Source: an uncultured Dehalococcoidales bacterium (GTDB taxonomy: Bacteria; Chloroflexota; Dehalococcoidia; GIF9; AB-539-J10). From it: a stretch of 64,000 bases of DNA. This document shows positions 37,975 to 47,272 of the stretch, piece by piece. Position 1 is the stretch's first letter, and the number at the start of each line of letters is the position of its first letter. The DNA lies in the NCBI GenBank assembly GCA_964654015.1, contig CAZZHQ010000002.1, forward strand, positions 21,702 to 85,701, written 5' to 3'. The notes beneath the pieces were generated by a model. The model made no database searches. It worked only from the letters and a program-made list of their open reading frames with translations, and was not told the origin of the DNA. A program made the position numbers and the translations under genes.

Positions 37975-38663
37975 ATGACTGGTAAAGCAATTTGCATAGT
38001 GCTTCCTGCCCTTAACGAAGAGGAACACATTGCTAAAGTCATTGCTGAGATTCCCAGGGCAGAGCTGGAGGAAAGAGGTTACACCGTCAGGGTCCTGGTT
38101 GTTGATAATAACAGCACAGACAAAACATAACAGGAAAGGTTGCCGAGGAGAATGGTGCTGAGGTTATCATCGAAACGGAGAGAGGTAAAGGTTGTGCGAT
38201 GAGGACTGGCTTTAAACAGTCCCGTGCTGATTTCGTGTTTATGCTTGACGCAGATTATACATATCCCGGCAGTTTCATCCCGGAAATGTTGGATGTGTTA
38301 CTGGATGGTTATGATGTGGTAATTGGCTCCAGGCTAAAGGGAAGCCGGGCAAAGGGGTCAATCAGTCGAATGAATATAGTAGGAAATCATCTGCTTACCC
38401 TGATGGCAGCTATGCTGTATTTTCATCGGATAAGCGACCTTTGCACCGGCTACTGGGGGTTCAAGGGCGAAGTTGTACCGAAACTGCGCCTTTCAGCCTC
38501 GGGTTTTGAGCTTGAGGCGGATTTGTTTACACAGGTGGTGAAGAGAGGTTATCGACTTGGAGAAGTTCCTATTTACTACCGTCGCCGTGGTACTCCCACC
38601 AAGCTCAATTCTCTGAGGGCTGGTTTTAAAATAGGCTGGACACTAATAAACAGGAGATTTTAG
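37975..38663 (+). pseudogene. Family 2 glycosyltransferase (Dol-P/polyprenyl-P sugar synthase-like) with a frame break
   Basis: The ATG at 37975 (GGGGAGG upstream) gives MTGKAICIVLPALNEEEHI...VVDNNSTDKT, then a TAA at 38128-38130. The sequence continues in another frame as GKVAEENGAEVI...DADYTYP to 38663. Confidence 0.75.
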
Positions 38664-38739
38664 GAATTACTTGTCTAAGAGAGTAGTGTTGAAGTTATAG
38701 CTTATCTGGTGTAGAGTTCAGGTTAATGGAGGATTGAAT

Positions 38740-38955
38740 ATGGAATTTAAGTACTACGCCTTACTAGAGAGAAATGAACTGGGTGGATATACAGTCTCAG
38801 TTCCTTCACTGCCGGGTTGCATAACCGAGGGAGACACCTTGGACGAGGCTATTGCTAATGTCAAGGAAGCTATCGCAGGCTATCTTGAGACCCTGCGAGA
38901 TCTTGATAAACCCATACCACTGGAAATTCCGGTGGAGGTTGAGGTACCTGCGTGA
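38740..38955 (+). CDS. hicB: HicB-family antitoxin
   Basis: GGYTVSVPSLPGCITEGDTLDEAIANVKEAI is the HicB/UPF0150 N-terminal domain pattern. GGAGG lies upstream. Confidence 0.85.
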   Translation: MEFKYYALLERNELGGYTVSVPSLPGCITEGDTLDEAIANVKEAIAGYLETLRDLDKPIPLEIPVEVEVPA

Positions 38956-39179
38956 GTCGACTTCCTAGAGTCACTGGGCAGGAGGTTATGAAAGCTTTAA
39001 TCAAGACTGGCTTTACCGAAATAAGAGTAAGAGGAAGCCATCACTATTTTTATCATCAGGATAGAGACAGTATCGTTACTGTACCTGTACACTCAGGCAG
39101 AATTTTGGCACCCAAAACCTTAAAATCAATACTGGCTCAGGCGAGTATGAACATCGATGATCTCCGTGAGTTACTGTGA
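38952..39179 (+). CDS. hicA: HicA-family mRNA interferase toxin
   Basis: EVMKALIKTGFTEIRVRGSHHYFYH...VTVPVHSG..LAPKTLKSIL. It overlaps hicB by 4 nt. Confidence 0.85.
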   Translation: MSRLPRVTGQEVMKALIKTGFTEIRVRGSHHYFYHQDRDSIVTVPVHSGRILAPKTLKSILAQASMNIDDLRELL

Positions 39180-39189
39180 TTAAATCCCC

Positions 39190-39285
39190 ATCCACTACCG
39201 CCGCCGCCCCACGCCTGCCAAGCTCAGCTCCACAAAGGATAGGCTCAATATAGGCTGGACACTAATAAACAGGAGATTCAGTTAG
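39190..39285 (+). pseudogene. Orphan diverged copy of the GT2 gene 3' end
   Basis: Encodes IHYRRRPTPAKLSSTKDRLNIGWTLINRRFS*, compared with IYYRRRGTPTKLNSLRAGFKIGWTLINRRF* at 38571-38663. 29 nt are identical (39250-39278 = 38631-38659). Confidence 0.85.
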
Positions 39286-40220
39286 TGCATAAATACTTTG
39301 TCACCGGTGGTGCCGGCTTTATCGGTAGCCACCTGGTTGATCGGCTGATTGAATCAGGTGAGCTAACTGTCTATGACAATCTCAGCACGGGCAGGAAGGA
39401 GTTTATCCAGCAGCATCTCGATCGGGAGAATTTACATTTCATTGAGGCTGACTTACATGATTTTGATACCTTAAATAGAGCTATCGCCAACCATGATGTT
39501 GTCTTTCACATGGCTGCCAATCCGGACATCAGGGCAGGTATTACCAATACCAGTCTTGATTTACAGCAGGGGACACTAGCCACGTATAACGTGCTGGAAG
39601 CTATGCGACTAAACCATATTAGCAAGATTGTTTTTGCCTCCAGTTCCACCGTTTACGGTGAAGCGGGTAGCATGGCGATAGCAGAGGATTATGGTCCATT
39701 GTTACCGATATCATTATATGGTGCTGCTAAACTTGCCAGCGAAGGGTTAATCTCTGCTTTCTGTCATATGTTTGATATGCAGGCATGGATTTTCCGCTTT
39801 GCTAATGTTATTGGAGGCAGGTCAGGGCATGGTGTTATCTTTGATTTTATCAACAAGCTGAGACGAAATCCCAGGGAGCTGGAAATACTGGGTGATGGCA
39901 AACAGCAGAAGCCCTATATTTACGTGAACGATTGCATAGAAGGTATACTCTTTGGTCTTGAGCATTCCTGTGAACAGGTCAATATACTCAATCTTGGCAC
40001 GAATTCTTCCACCAACGTTAGCTCCATTGCTAATATGGTGGTTGAAGCTATGGGTATAGCTGGTGTGAAGTTCAATTATACTGGGGGAAGTCGTGGCTGG
40101 CGTGGCGATGTACCACAGGTCAGGTATGATAATACTAGAATGAAAGATCTTGGATGGGAACCAAGATTCAGCTCAGATGAGGCGGTCAGACAAGCGATAA
40201 AGGGAGCATTGGGGAAATAA
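39285..40220 (+). CDS. NAD-dependent sugar-nucleotide epimerase/dehydratase (extended SDR)
   Basis: GGAGFIGSHL and YGAAK motifs. The GTG start overlaps the TAG of the orphan fragment. Confidence 0.85.
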   Translation: MHKYFVTGGAGFIGSHLVDRLIESGELTVYDNLSTGRKEFIQQHLDRENLHFIEADLHDFDTLNRAIANHDVVFHMAANPDIRAGITNTSLDLQQGTLATYNVLEAMRLNHISKIVFASSSTVYGEAGSMAIAEDYGPLLPISLYGAAKLASEGLISAFCHMFDMQAWIFRFANVIGGRSGHGVIFDFINKLRRNPRELEILGDGKQQKPYIYVNDCIEGILFGLEHSCEQVNILNLGTNSSTNVSSIANMVVEAMGIAGVKFNYTGGSRGWRGDVPQVRYDNTRMKDLGWEPRFSSDEAVRQAIKGALGK

Positions 40221-40230
40221 AATATCAGCA

Positions 40231-41205
40231 ATGAGAAAACTACCGAAGATATCTATAATCATTTCTTCTTATACTATGGACAGGTTTCAGGATATCACTG
40301 AGTTAATGGATAGTATCCATGAACAGACTTATGACGATATCGAGGTAATAGTGGTGACTGAACGGTCTCAGGAGCTTACGGAAAGCATTCAAAGCTATGT
40401 TCGGGAGAAAGGATATTCCAATGTCAAGGTGCTATTCAACCAGGGAGAGAGGGGAATATCCCCAGCCAGAAACCTGGGTATAAGGCATGCCACAGGGGAG
40501 ATAATAGCTTTTGCGGATGATGACGCTATTCTTTTTCCTGACTGGGCAGAGAAGACGGTTATTGCTTACGGCGGAGATAGCTCAATCGGTGGACTGACTG
40601 GTCCTATTTTACCTTTGTGGGAAGACGAATCAATGAACTGGTTTCCCAGGGAGTTTTACTGGATATTCTCTTGTACTTACTGGGATTGGACAGAATCCAC
40701 CGAAATAAGGAATGGCTATGGGGCCAACATGTCCTTCAGGCGCGATGTTTTCGATATGTGCGGCCTGTTTAAAACAAGTCTTGGAGTAAAAGGTTATGGC
40801 AAAGGTGGCTGGCAGGGGATAGGAGGAGAGGAAGTGGAGTTTTCTTTAAGAGTAAAAAACCAGACAGGCAAACGTGTAGTCTATCATCCGGGTATAAAGG
40901 TAAAACACAAGGTTTTTAGCTACAGGTTCGAAAGCAGATTTATCAGGAGAAGAGCCTACTGGGAAGGGCAGGCAAAGGCAATGTTCAAAAGCCAGTATTA
41001 CTCGGGAAATAAACAGGTTCTATCTACAGAACACGAGCTTCTTCGCCGGATTTTATTCAGGCTGGTGCCCAGTTCTATAAAACTTTTCTTCAGTAAACCT
41101 TACACTGCCTGGCTACGGTTATGGGTTACTATTATAGTATTGGCTTCTGTCGCTACCGGGTATTTTAGTTATAAATTGCTTAATCTGCGTCCTAATAAAA
41201 AGTAA
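40231..41205 (+). CDS. Family 2 glycosyltransferase
   Basis: ISIIISSYT...ARNLGI...FADDDA motifs with a C-terminal TM region. Confidence 0.8.
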   Translation: MRKLPKISIIISSYTMDRFQDITELMDSIHEQTYDDIEVIVVTERSQELTESIQSYVREKGYSNVKVLFNQGERGISPARNLGIRHATGEIIAFADDDAILFPDWAEKTVIAYGGDSSIGGLTGPILPLWEDESMNWFPREFYWIFSCTYWDWTESTEIRNGYGANMSFRRDVFDMCGLFKTSLGVKGYGKGGWQGIGGEEVEFSLRVKNQTGKRVVYHPGIKVKHKVFSYRFESRFIRRRAYWEGQAKAMFKSQYYSGNKQVLSTEHELLRRILFRLVPSSIKLFFSKPYTAWLRLWVTIIVLASVATGYFSYKLLNLRPNKK

Positions 41206-41221
41206 AGTCTTTCATTATGGC

Positions 41222-42940
41222 ATGAAATTAATGACTGAAATAGGCACCAGACGTAAAATAATTGGTATTCTGCTTCTAAGCACAGTAGCACTTATAATCT
41301 ATCTTATATCAATTCGACTGGCCTATCCATTATTTCAGAACACCAGGCTTATTGACCCCCTGGCTGAGATGCACGTCTTATTTCCTCTCTACTACGTAGC
41401 CATTGTTCTTATCGCAGTGGCCGGCTTTTTTTGTTTTGCCTGGCGTATTGGCAACCGAGGTATTCATCTGCTACTTTTGCTTTTGCTGGGAATTATGCTG
41501 TGGTACACGCCTCATTACATGTCCGAGTTTTCTCATAACCCTGATGTAGCCAGAGATATAGGTTTGGCTTTGCATTTACCGGAAATATTGAATGGCGAAG
41601 CAGTCCCGTTCTCGTGGTATTGTGCAAACTATCCCAGTTCATATGTATTTTCATGGCTTTTTCTCAACATAACAGGTATAGAGCCGCTAAACTATATGCT
41701 GTTATTTCCAGTGCTCTGTATATGTATGTTCATATTACTGGGTTATACTCTCGTTGTCAGGTTGTTTGACTCCAGAGTGGCTTTTTTAGCCATGTTATTG
41801 GCTATTCCCGGAATGCATTATGCTATTTTTCATGCCTCAGCCCACTCACTTGGTGTATTACTTTTATTAACTGCCTTACTATTGCTGTTTCACAAAGGGC
41901 TGGTATTCAGGATACTGACTTTCTTGGTAATAATAGCTATGTTTATATGCCACCCCATTTCGCCGCTTTTGTTATCCATATTTCTAGTAGCGGCGTTAGT
42001 TATCAGCTACTCTGGCAGGATTGGAAGGACACAGATAGTAATAGCTATGATGTTTATAGTCTGTTTTACAGGCTGGTTTTTCTGGCCTTCAATCCAACTC
42101 ACGTCATTATCACCTGAAGTAGCTGAGAATGCTGCACTAATGTATGAACGGATAACACCAGGTGGACTTGTTACTACTAGGGAATATTTATCCGGAGCAC
42201 CATTTATATATGCGGACATTCACAGGCTAAACATATTTGTATATGTGCTATATGCCTTCACTACAACGGCAGGAATTCTATATGTAATTTTCAGGGAATA
42301 TGCTCGCCGGGATAGTCTAAGGAGTTTCCTTATTAAATTAGGGGGCCTGAGTCGTAACCAGTTATTCTTGATTATCAGTGTATTGGCACTTCTCATGTTC
42401 ACTGTTCTACTTGCGGAGACTGACCATACAATGATGGAACGGGGCTTAACATTTGTTATTTTAGGACTATCATGCCTTATAGCTTCATTATCCGAAGGAA
42501 TATATAGTTCAGGCGTAGCTCATAGATTTATATCCTTTGTTGGGTTGGGAATGATATTTTTTCTGACGCTATCGTATCCAGTGATTGCATACAGCATTGA
42601 AGCATATACGAATTTTCCAGCTTCGGAGGGTGCCGCATTAGAATTTATGGCTAACGATGTTCTTTTCGAGGAGAAGACGGTGACGATTACTTCGAAAGAA
42701 CAGCTTGTTATGTATACCATAGACTTTATTCCGATGGCCTCAACTAAAGGTGGAGCTTCATTTGGGGCAGAAGTAGTTGCGTTTAGAAGTACTGGCTATT
42801 ACTACACCGCAATGCGCCATGATTTGTCTTTTAAGGAAAATTCATTTACCCGGTACAAGGAAGCTGTTACCAATTGTGATAGATATAATAAAGCATATAT
42901 CAGCCCCACAACCGAAATATTTATTAAGGAAGATGGTTAG
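41222..42940 (+). CDS. Large polytopic membrane protein with a C-terminal soluble domain (putative glycan polymerase or GT-C-like)
   Basis: 572 aa, more than 10 hydrophobic segments, in a glycan locus. No motif recognised. Confidence 0.45.
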   Translation: MKLMTEIGTRRKIIGILLLSTVALIIYLISIRLAYPLFQNTRLIDPLAEMHVLFPLYYVAIVLIAVAGFFCFAWRIGNRGIHLLLLLLLGIMLWYTPHYMSEFSHNPDVARDIGLALHLPEILNGEAVPFSWYCANYPSSYVFSWLFLNITGIEPLNYMLLFPVLCICMFILLGYTLVVRLFDSRVAFLAMLLAIPGMHYAIFHASAHSLGVLLLLTALLLLFHKGLVFRILTFLVIIAMFICHPISPLLLSIFLVAALVISYSGRIGRTQIVIAMMFIVCFTGWFFWPSIQLTSLSPEVAENAALMYERITPGGLVTTREYLSGAPFIYADIHRLNIFVYVLYAFTTTAGILYVIFREYARRDSLRSFLIKLGGLSRNQLFLIISVLALLMFTVLLAETDHTMMERGLTFVILGLSCLIASLSEGIYSSGVAHRFISFVGLGMIFFLTLSYPVIAYSIEAYTNFPASEGAALEFMANDVLFEEKTVTITSKEQLVMYTIDFIPMASTKGGASFGAEVVAFRSTGYYYTAMRHDLSFKENSFTRYKEAVTNCDRYNKAYISPTTEIFIKEDG

Positions 42941-43076
42941 TATATGCAGAGCCAGGTTGATGTGATAATAGGAACACCGATATGCCGGCGTACGGCGTAC
43001 ATTCTTGACAAGTTACTGTTAAATCAACAGGAAATACAAAAGCTTATCCAGACAAGTATTTTTACAAGATGTAATA

Positions 43077-44396
43077 TTGCTCGTAAGTTACAAACGATTG
43101 CGCATAGAGGCACCGATTCTTTCAAGGAACAAGCTACTCAATACCGTGAAAGACACTGATAAAGTGAAAAAAGAGAAAATTGTTAATGCTACCGACGGGA
43201 TAGTTGAACAAGATATAAAGGGTCGAAGAAAAATATGTATAGTTGGCTCGTCCAGCCGTTTCTTTAGTGGCTTAACTGTGCATACTATTTTGTTAGCTAA
43301 CGCATTGGCTAAAAACAATCAGGTTTCCGTAATACTACTCAGAAACTTGGTACCTCGTTTTCTATATCCTGGTAGAAAACATATCGGGCAGACAAGTTCA
43401 CTGGTAGATTTTCATCTTGACATAGCTGTCTATGAGGGGATGGACTGGAATTCGCCTGTCAGTTGGTATGGAGCATACAAATTCCTGAAAAAGCATCATC
43501 CAAATGTTTTGATAATGCAATGGTGGTCCTCCTCTGTAGCTCATATGGAGTTATTCCTTGCAGTTGCTAACAGGGTAAGACCTAAATCGAAAATGATATT
43601 GGAAATGCATGAGGTAGTAGACCCGCTTGAAGAAAGCATTCTACCGATCAGGTTGTACTCCAGGATTGCAGGAAAACTGATAATAGGAAAAGCCGATGCC
43701 TTAACCGCCCACTCCAATTCTGCGAAAAAACAGCTGGCAAAGATTTATGGTTTTGATGAACGGCATATATTTGTCGTTCCTATAGGATTGTATGAAGAGT
43801 ATAAACTCATAGGGGAGGGGGGATTATCCAGGAGTGAAATTGGTATAAAAGATGAGTTCGTTATACTTTATTTTGGGTTAATAAGAAAATACAAAGGTGT
43901 GCCTTACCTGATTGAAGCATTCAATAAACTGCCACCGCATATAGCTGGTAAATCTAAATTAGTTATCGTTGGAGAGGAATGGGGTGATGACGTATCAATA
44001 AATAAAATAATTGAATCCTCACCGTACAGGGAACAAATTATTTGTCGGTTGCAGTTTATTCCCGATAAGATGATTCCCAAATATTTTTCATCTGCCAATG
44101 TAGTTGTGCTGCCGTATCTCAGGACTGCGGGTAGTGGTGTGGCTAATATCGCCATGACACACGGTAAACCAATTATTAGCTCAGCTATTGAGGCAATGAA
44201 AGAATGTTTGTCAGGTTATGATGGGGCATCATTTACTCCCCCGGGGGATTCTGCGGCAATAGCTGAGAAACTAATAGGAATATATAATATGCATAAATCA
44301 GGGAGCCCTATGGAATATAGCTGCCCTACTAACACCTGGGACGAGGTTGCCAGGCAATATGAGCTAATGATAAAGCAATTTGGGATAGAAAAATGA
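43077..44396 (+). CDS. Family 4 glycosyltransferase (GT-B, Glycos_transf_1)
   Basis: ILYFGLIRKYKG...VVLPY...SGVANIAMTHGKPII. The true start is probably downstream of 43077. Confidence 0.75.
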   Translation: MLVSYKRLRIEAPILSRNKLLNTVKDTDKVKKEKIVNATDGIVEQDIKGRRKICIVGSSSRFFSGLTVHTILLANALAKNNQVSVILLRNLVPRFLYPGRKHIGQTSSLVDFHLDIAVYEGMDWNSPVSWYGAYKFLKKHHPNVLIMQWWSSSVAHMELFLAVANRVRPKSKMILEMHEVVDPLEESILPIRLYSRIAGKLIIGKADALTAHSNSAKKQLAKIYGFDERHIFVVPIGLYEEYKLIGEGGLSRSEIGIKDEFVILYFGLIRKYKGVPYLIEAFNKLPPHIAGKSKLVIVGEEWGDDVSINKIIESSPYREQIICRLQFIPDKMIPKYFSSANVVVLPYLRTAGSGVANIAMTHGKPIISSAIEAMKECLSGYDGASFTPPGDSAAIAEKLIGIYNMHKSGSPMEYSCPTNTWDEVARQYELMIKQFGIEK

Positions 44397-45364
44397 AGAG
44401 AGCATTGATAACAGGAATAACAGGATTTGCCGGTTCGCATTTAGCAGAGTTTCTATTGAAAAAGGGAGTAGAAGTTTATGGAACAAGAAGGTGGAGAAGT
44501 AAATTAGATAATATTATTAATATAGAAGATAGGATTAAATTATTAGAAGCAGATATCAGGGATGGTTATTCTGTCGCAAAGGCGGTGGAGGAATCATCCC
44601 CGGATTATATTTTTCACCTTGCATCCCAGAGTTCAGTTTCTACGTCATGGAAAGCTCCTGTTGACACGATGGAGACTAACACTATTGGGACAATACACTT
44701 GCTGGAGGCGGTTAGACAATCGAAATGTGACCCTGTCATACAAATCGCAGGGACCTCGGAAGAGTACGGGATGGTCTACCCCGATGAATTGCCGGTTAGA
44801 GAGATGAATCCATTACGACCATTGTCTACATATGCCGTTTCAAAACTTGCTACAGATAAATTGGGGTATCAGTACCATATGTCATATGGAATGAAAGTCG
44901 TGATTACCAGGGCATTTAATCATACAGGTCCCAGAAGGGGAGACGTCTTTGTTACATCTAACTTCGCAAAGCAAATAGCCGAAATTGAACATGGTATAAA
45001 AAAACCGATTATATATGTTGGTAATCTGAATGCCAGTAGAGATTTTACAGATGTTCGGGATATTGTTAATGCCTACTGGCTCGCGGTTACAAAGTGTGAG
45101 TATGGGAATGTTTATAATATTTGCTCGGAGAAAATCAGGACAATACAATCCGTTCTTGATTTACTGCTTGGTTTGACAGATAAAAAAATAGAAATAAAGC
45201 AAGAACCATCAAGGATTAGACCATCTGATGTTGAGCTTATTTATGGTGACTGTTCCAAATTCAAAGCAGTAACGGACTGGAAGCAGGAGATTGCATTTGA
45301 AAAGACGATGGATGATTTATTGAATTACTGGAGAGAAAGAGTTCGGGCTATGTATACTCAATAA
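44393..45364 (+). CDS. NAD-dependent epimerase/dehydratase of the GDP-mannose 4,6-dehydratase / GDP-4-keto-6-deoxymannose reductase type
   Basis: ALITGITGFAGSHL and YAVSK. ATGA overlap with the upstream gene. Confidence 0.75.
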   Translation: MKRALITGITGFAGSHLAEFLLKKGVEVYGTRRWRSKLDNIINIEDRIKLLEADIRDGYSVAKAVEESSPDYIFHLASQSSVSTSWKAPVDTMETNTIGTIHLLEAVRQSKCDPVIQIAGTSEEYGMVYPDELPVREMNPLRPLSTYAVSKLATDKLGYQYHMSYGMKVVITRAFNHTGPRRGDVFVTSNFAKQIAEIEHGIKKPIIYVGNLNASRDFTDVRDIVNAYWLAVTKCEYGNVYNICSEKIRTIQSVLDLLLGLTDKKIEIKQEPSRIRPSDVELIYGDCSKFKAVTDWKQEIAFEKTMDDLLNYWRERVRAMYTQ

Positions 45365-45414
45365 ACGATAAAGACACTAATAATAATAGTTGGATTATTG
45401 GAACATAGGTTATT

Positions 45415-46473
45415 ATGAAAATATTACAGGTATGCCCACAATATTTCCCTGATATTGGCGGGCTTGAAGAGCATGTCAGGAATATCAGTGAACGACTGGC
45501 CAAAGAACACGAGGTTACCATTTTTGCGGGTGATCCTTCAGGCAAGTTGCTAGAGGAAGAGGAAATTGGTGGTGTCAGGATAAGGAGGTTTAAAACTTTC
45601 GCCCCAGGCAATGCATATTATCTGTCATTGGAGATGGCGAAGGAGCTTAAGAAATCCACCTTTGATATTGTTCATGGTCATAGTTATCATGCGTTACCTT
45701 TGTACTTCGCTAAAAATGCCGATGCAAAGAGGTTCATAGTCACCCCGCATTATCATGGACACGGGCATAGCTTATTCAGGAACCTGCTCATTAAGCTGTA
45801 TAAGCCATTCGGTAAGAAAATATTTGAAAAAGCAAATAGGGTTATAGCGGTATCCAGGTATGAAAGGCAGCTTTTACTTAGAGACTTCGCTATAGATGAA
45901 AATAAGATAAGCATCATTCCTAATGGGGTTGATTTACGTGAGATTAGTGAACAGGAAGTAGTTCCAAGGGAACTAAAAACAATATTATGTGTTAGCAGGC
46001 TGGAGGAATACAAAGGAGTTCAGCATATAATCGAAATATTGCCTTTAGTAGATAAAGCTATCCACCTGGAAATAGTTGGTATGGGACCATATAAATCAAC
46101 CCTTATGGCACAAATAGACAAACTAGGGTTAGCTGACAGGGTCAAGTTCTATCAGGACTTGTCCCGTCGAGAGCTTTTAGATATGTATGCTAAAGCCGGG
46201 ATATTCGTATTACTATCGCAACACGAAGCTTTTTCTATTGTAGTTGCCGAAGCTTTAGCTTCGAGGACTCCGTGTATAGTGGCCAATACATCGGCGTTAT
46301 CAGAATGGGTTGACACTAAGAACTGCTTTGGTATTGACAGCCCTGTAGATGGTCATGAACTGGCGGAACTGGTATCCAGGGTTATTGGCACAAAAATCAG
46401 CGGTGTAAAGTTATGGGATTGGGCTGAAGTTACACAGAAGATTACCAGGCTATATGAAGATATTTCGGCTTAA
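45415..46473 (+). CDS. Family 4 glycosyltransferase
   Basis: MKILQVCPQYFPDIGGLEEHV plus the C-terminal GT-B pattern. Confidence 0.8.
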   Translation: MKILQVCPQYFPDIGGLEEHVRNISERLAKEHEVTIFAGDPSGKLLEEEEIGGVRIRRFKTFAPGNAYYLSLEMAKELKKSTFDIVHGHSYHALPLYFAKNADAKRFIVTPHYHGHGHSLFRNLLIKLYKPFGKKIFEKANRVIAVSRYERQLLLRDFAIDENKISIIPNGVDLREISEQEVVPRELKTILCVSRLEEYKGVQHIIEILPLVDKAIHLEIVGMGPYKSTLMAQIDKLGLADRVKFYQDLSRRELLDMYAKAGIFVLLSQHEAFSIVVAEALASRTPCIVANTSALSEWVDTKNCFGIDSPVDGHELAELVSRVIGTKISGVKLWDWAEVTQKITRLYEDISA

Positions 46474-46579
46474 CAGATAAGATACACTCAAGCTCATCCA
46501 AGTTGTGGATATTGTATTTGTTATAATGGTTGACAAGTTATGAAATGGCTAGCTTTGTTAAACAATGAAGGAGGGTCGA

Positions 46580-46786
46580 ATGATCTATAGGATAGTGATT
46601 GAGAAGGGCGAGGATTTCGGCTATGTGGTACATTGTCCTGCTATTCCAGGTTGTCATTCTCAAGGAAATACGATGGAAGAGGCAATTGAGAATATCAAGG
46701 ACGCTATTAGAGGCTGCTTATCAGCTCTAGATGAAGGTTTGATTTCCGAGAGGGAAGAGTTGGCCTCAATTGAGATAGCAGTCTAA
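46580..46786 (+). CDS. hicB: HicB-family antitoxin
   Basis: GYVVHCPAIPGCHSQGNTMEEAIENIKDAI. GGAGGG lies 5 nt upstream of the ATG at 46580. Confidence 0.85.
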   Translation: MIYRIVIEKGEDFGYVVHCPAIPGCHSQGNTMEEAIENIKDAIRGCLSALDEGLISEREELASIEIAV

Positions 46787-47016
46787 TGGCAATGTTGCCA
46801 GTAATATCAGGTAAAAAAGCAGTCAGAGCATTTGAGAAAGATGACTGGAGAATTGTCAGAGGGGCCAAAAGCAGGCATATCATCATGAAAAAAGTGGGAG
46901 TGGCAACCGCTTTATCTATTCCAGAACACAAGGTTCTAGATCGTGGACTACTAAGATCCTTGATACGTGATGCATATATTTCTATTGAAAAATTCAATGA
47001 GCTATTAAAGAAGTAA
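46786..47016 (+). CDS. hicA: HicA-family toxin (divergent)
   Basis: GKKAVRAFEKDDWRIVRGAKSRHIIMKK...LSIPEHKVLDRGLLRSLIRDA. Its start overlaps the hicB stop. Confidence 0.7.
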   Translation: MAMLPVISGKKAVRAFEKDDWRIVRGAKSRHIIMKKVGVATALSIPEHKVLDRGLLRSLIRDAYISIEKFNELLKK

Positions 47017-47039
47017 CCTGTGTGTAGGAAGGCTAATTA

Positions 47040-47234
47040 TGCACCACCATACTGGTGTTACCAGAGTGGATTGATAATAAGAACTGCTACGGTATCAATT
47101 ACCCTATAAATAGTACCGAATTGGCAAGGCTAATTACCGAGCTTATTGGTACAAAGGTTAGTGCTGTAAAACTGTGGGATTGGGGTGAAGTTACACAGAA
47201 GATTGCTGAGCTATATAAAAAGGAGCTGGATTAG
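47040..47234 (+). pseudogene. Orphan diverged copy of a GT4 gene 3' end
   Basis: Encodes ...VLPEWIDNKNCYGINYP...VKLWDWGEVTQKIAELYKKELD*, compared with SEWVDTKNCFGIDSP...VKLWDWAEVTQKITRLYEDISA* at the end of 45415-46473. It has no start codon or N-terminal domain. Confidence 0.85.
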
Positions 47235-47272
47235 TTTCAGATAAACGAAGCAATACGACTGGAAAATATCAT

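Noticed and set aside
25003-38130. Treating the three frame breaks (A7 in the BrxF-like gene, C7 in mod, and the A-run region in GT2) as a coordinated phase-variation regulon.
   Set aside because: Two of the three lie within homopolymer runs and the third is adjacent to a short one, which is exactly where long-read assemblies make indel errors. Without read-level data, a common technical cause is at least as likely as biology. They are therefore reported individually with that caveat.
42944-43159. A 71-aa ORF between the 572-aa membrane protein and the GT4 gene.
   Set aside because: No ribosome-binding site and no recognisable motif. It overlaps the probable 5' leader or extended N-terminus of the GT4 ORF and is likely non-coding.
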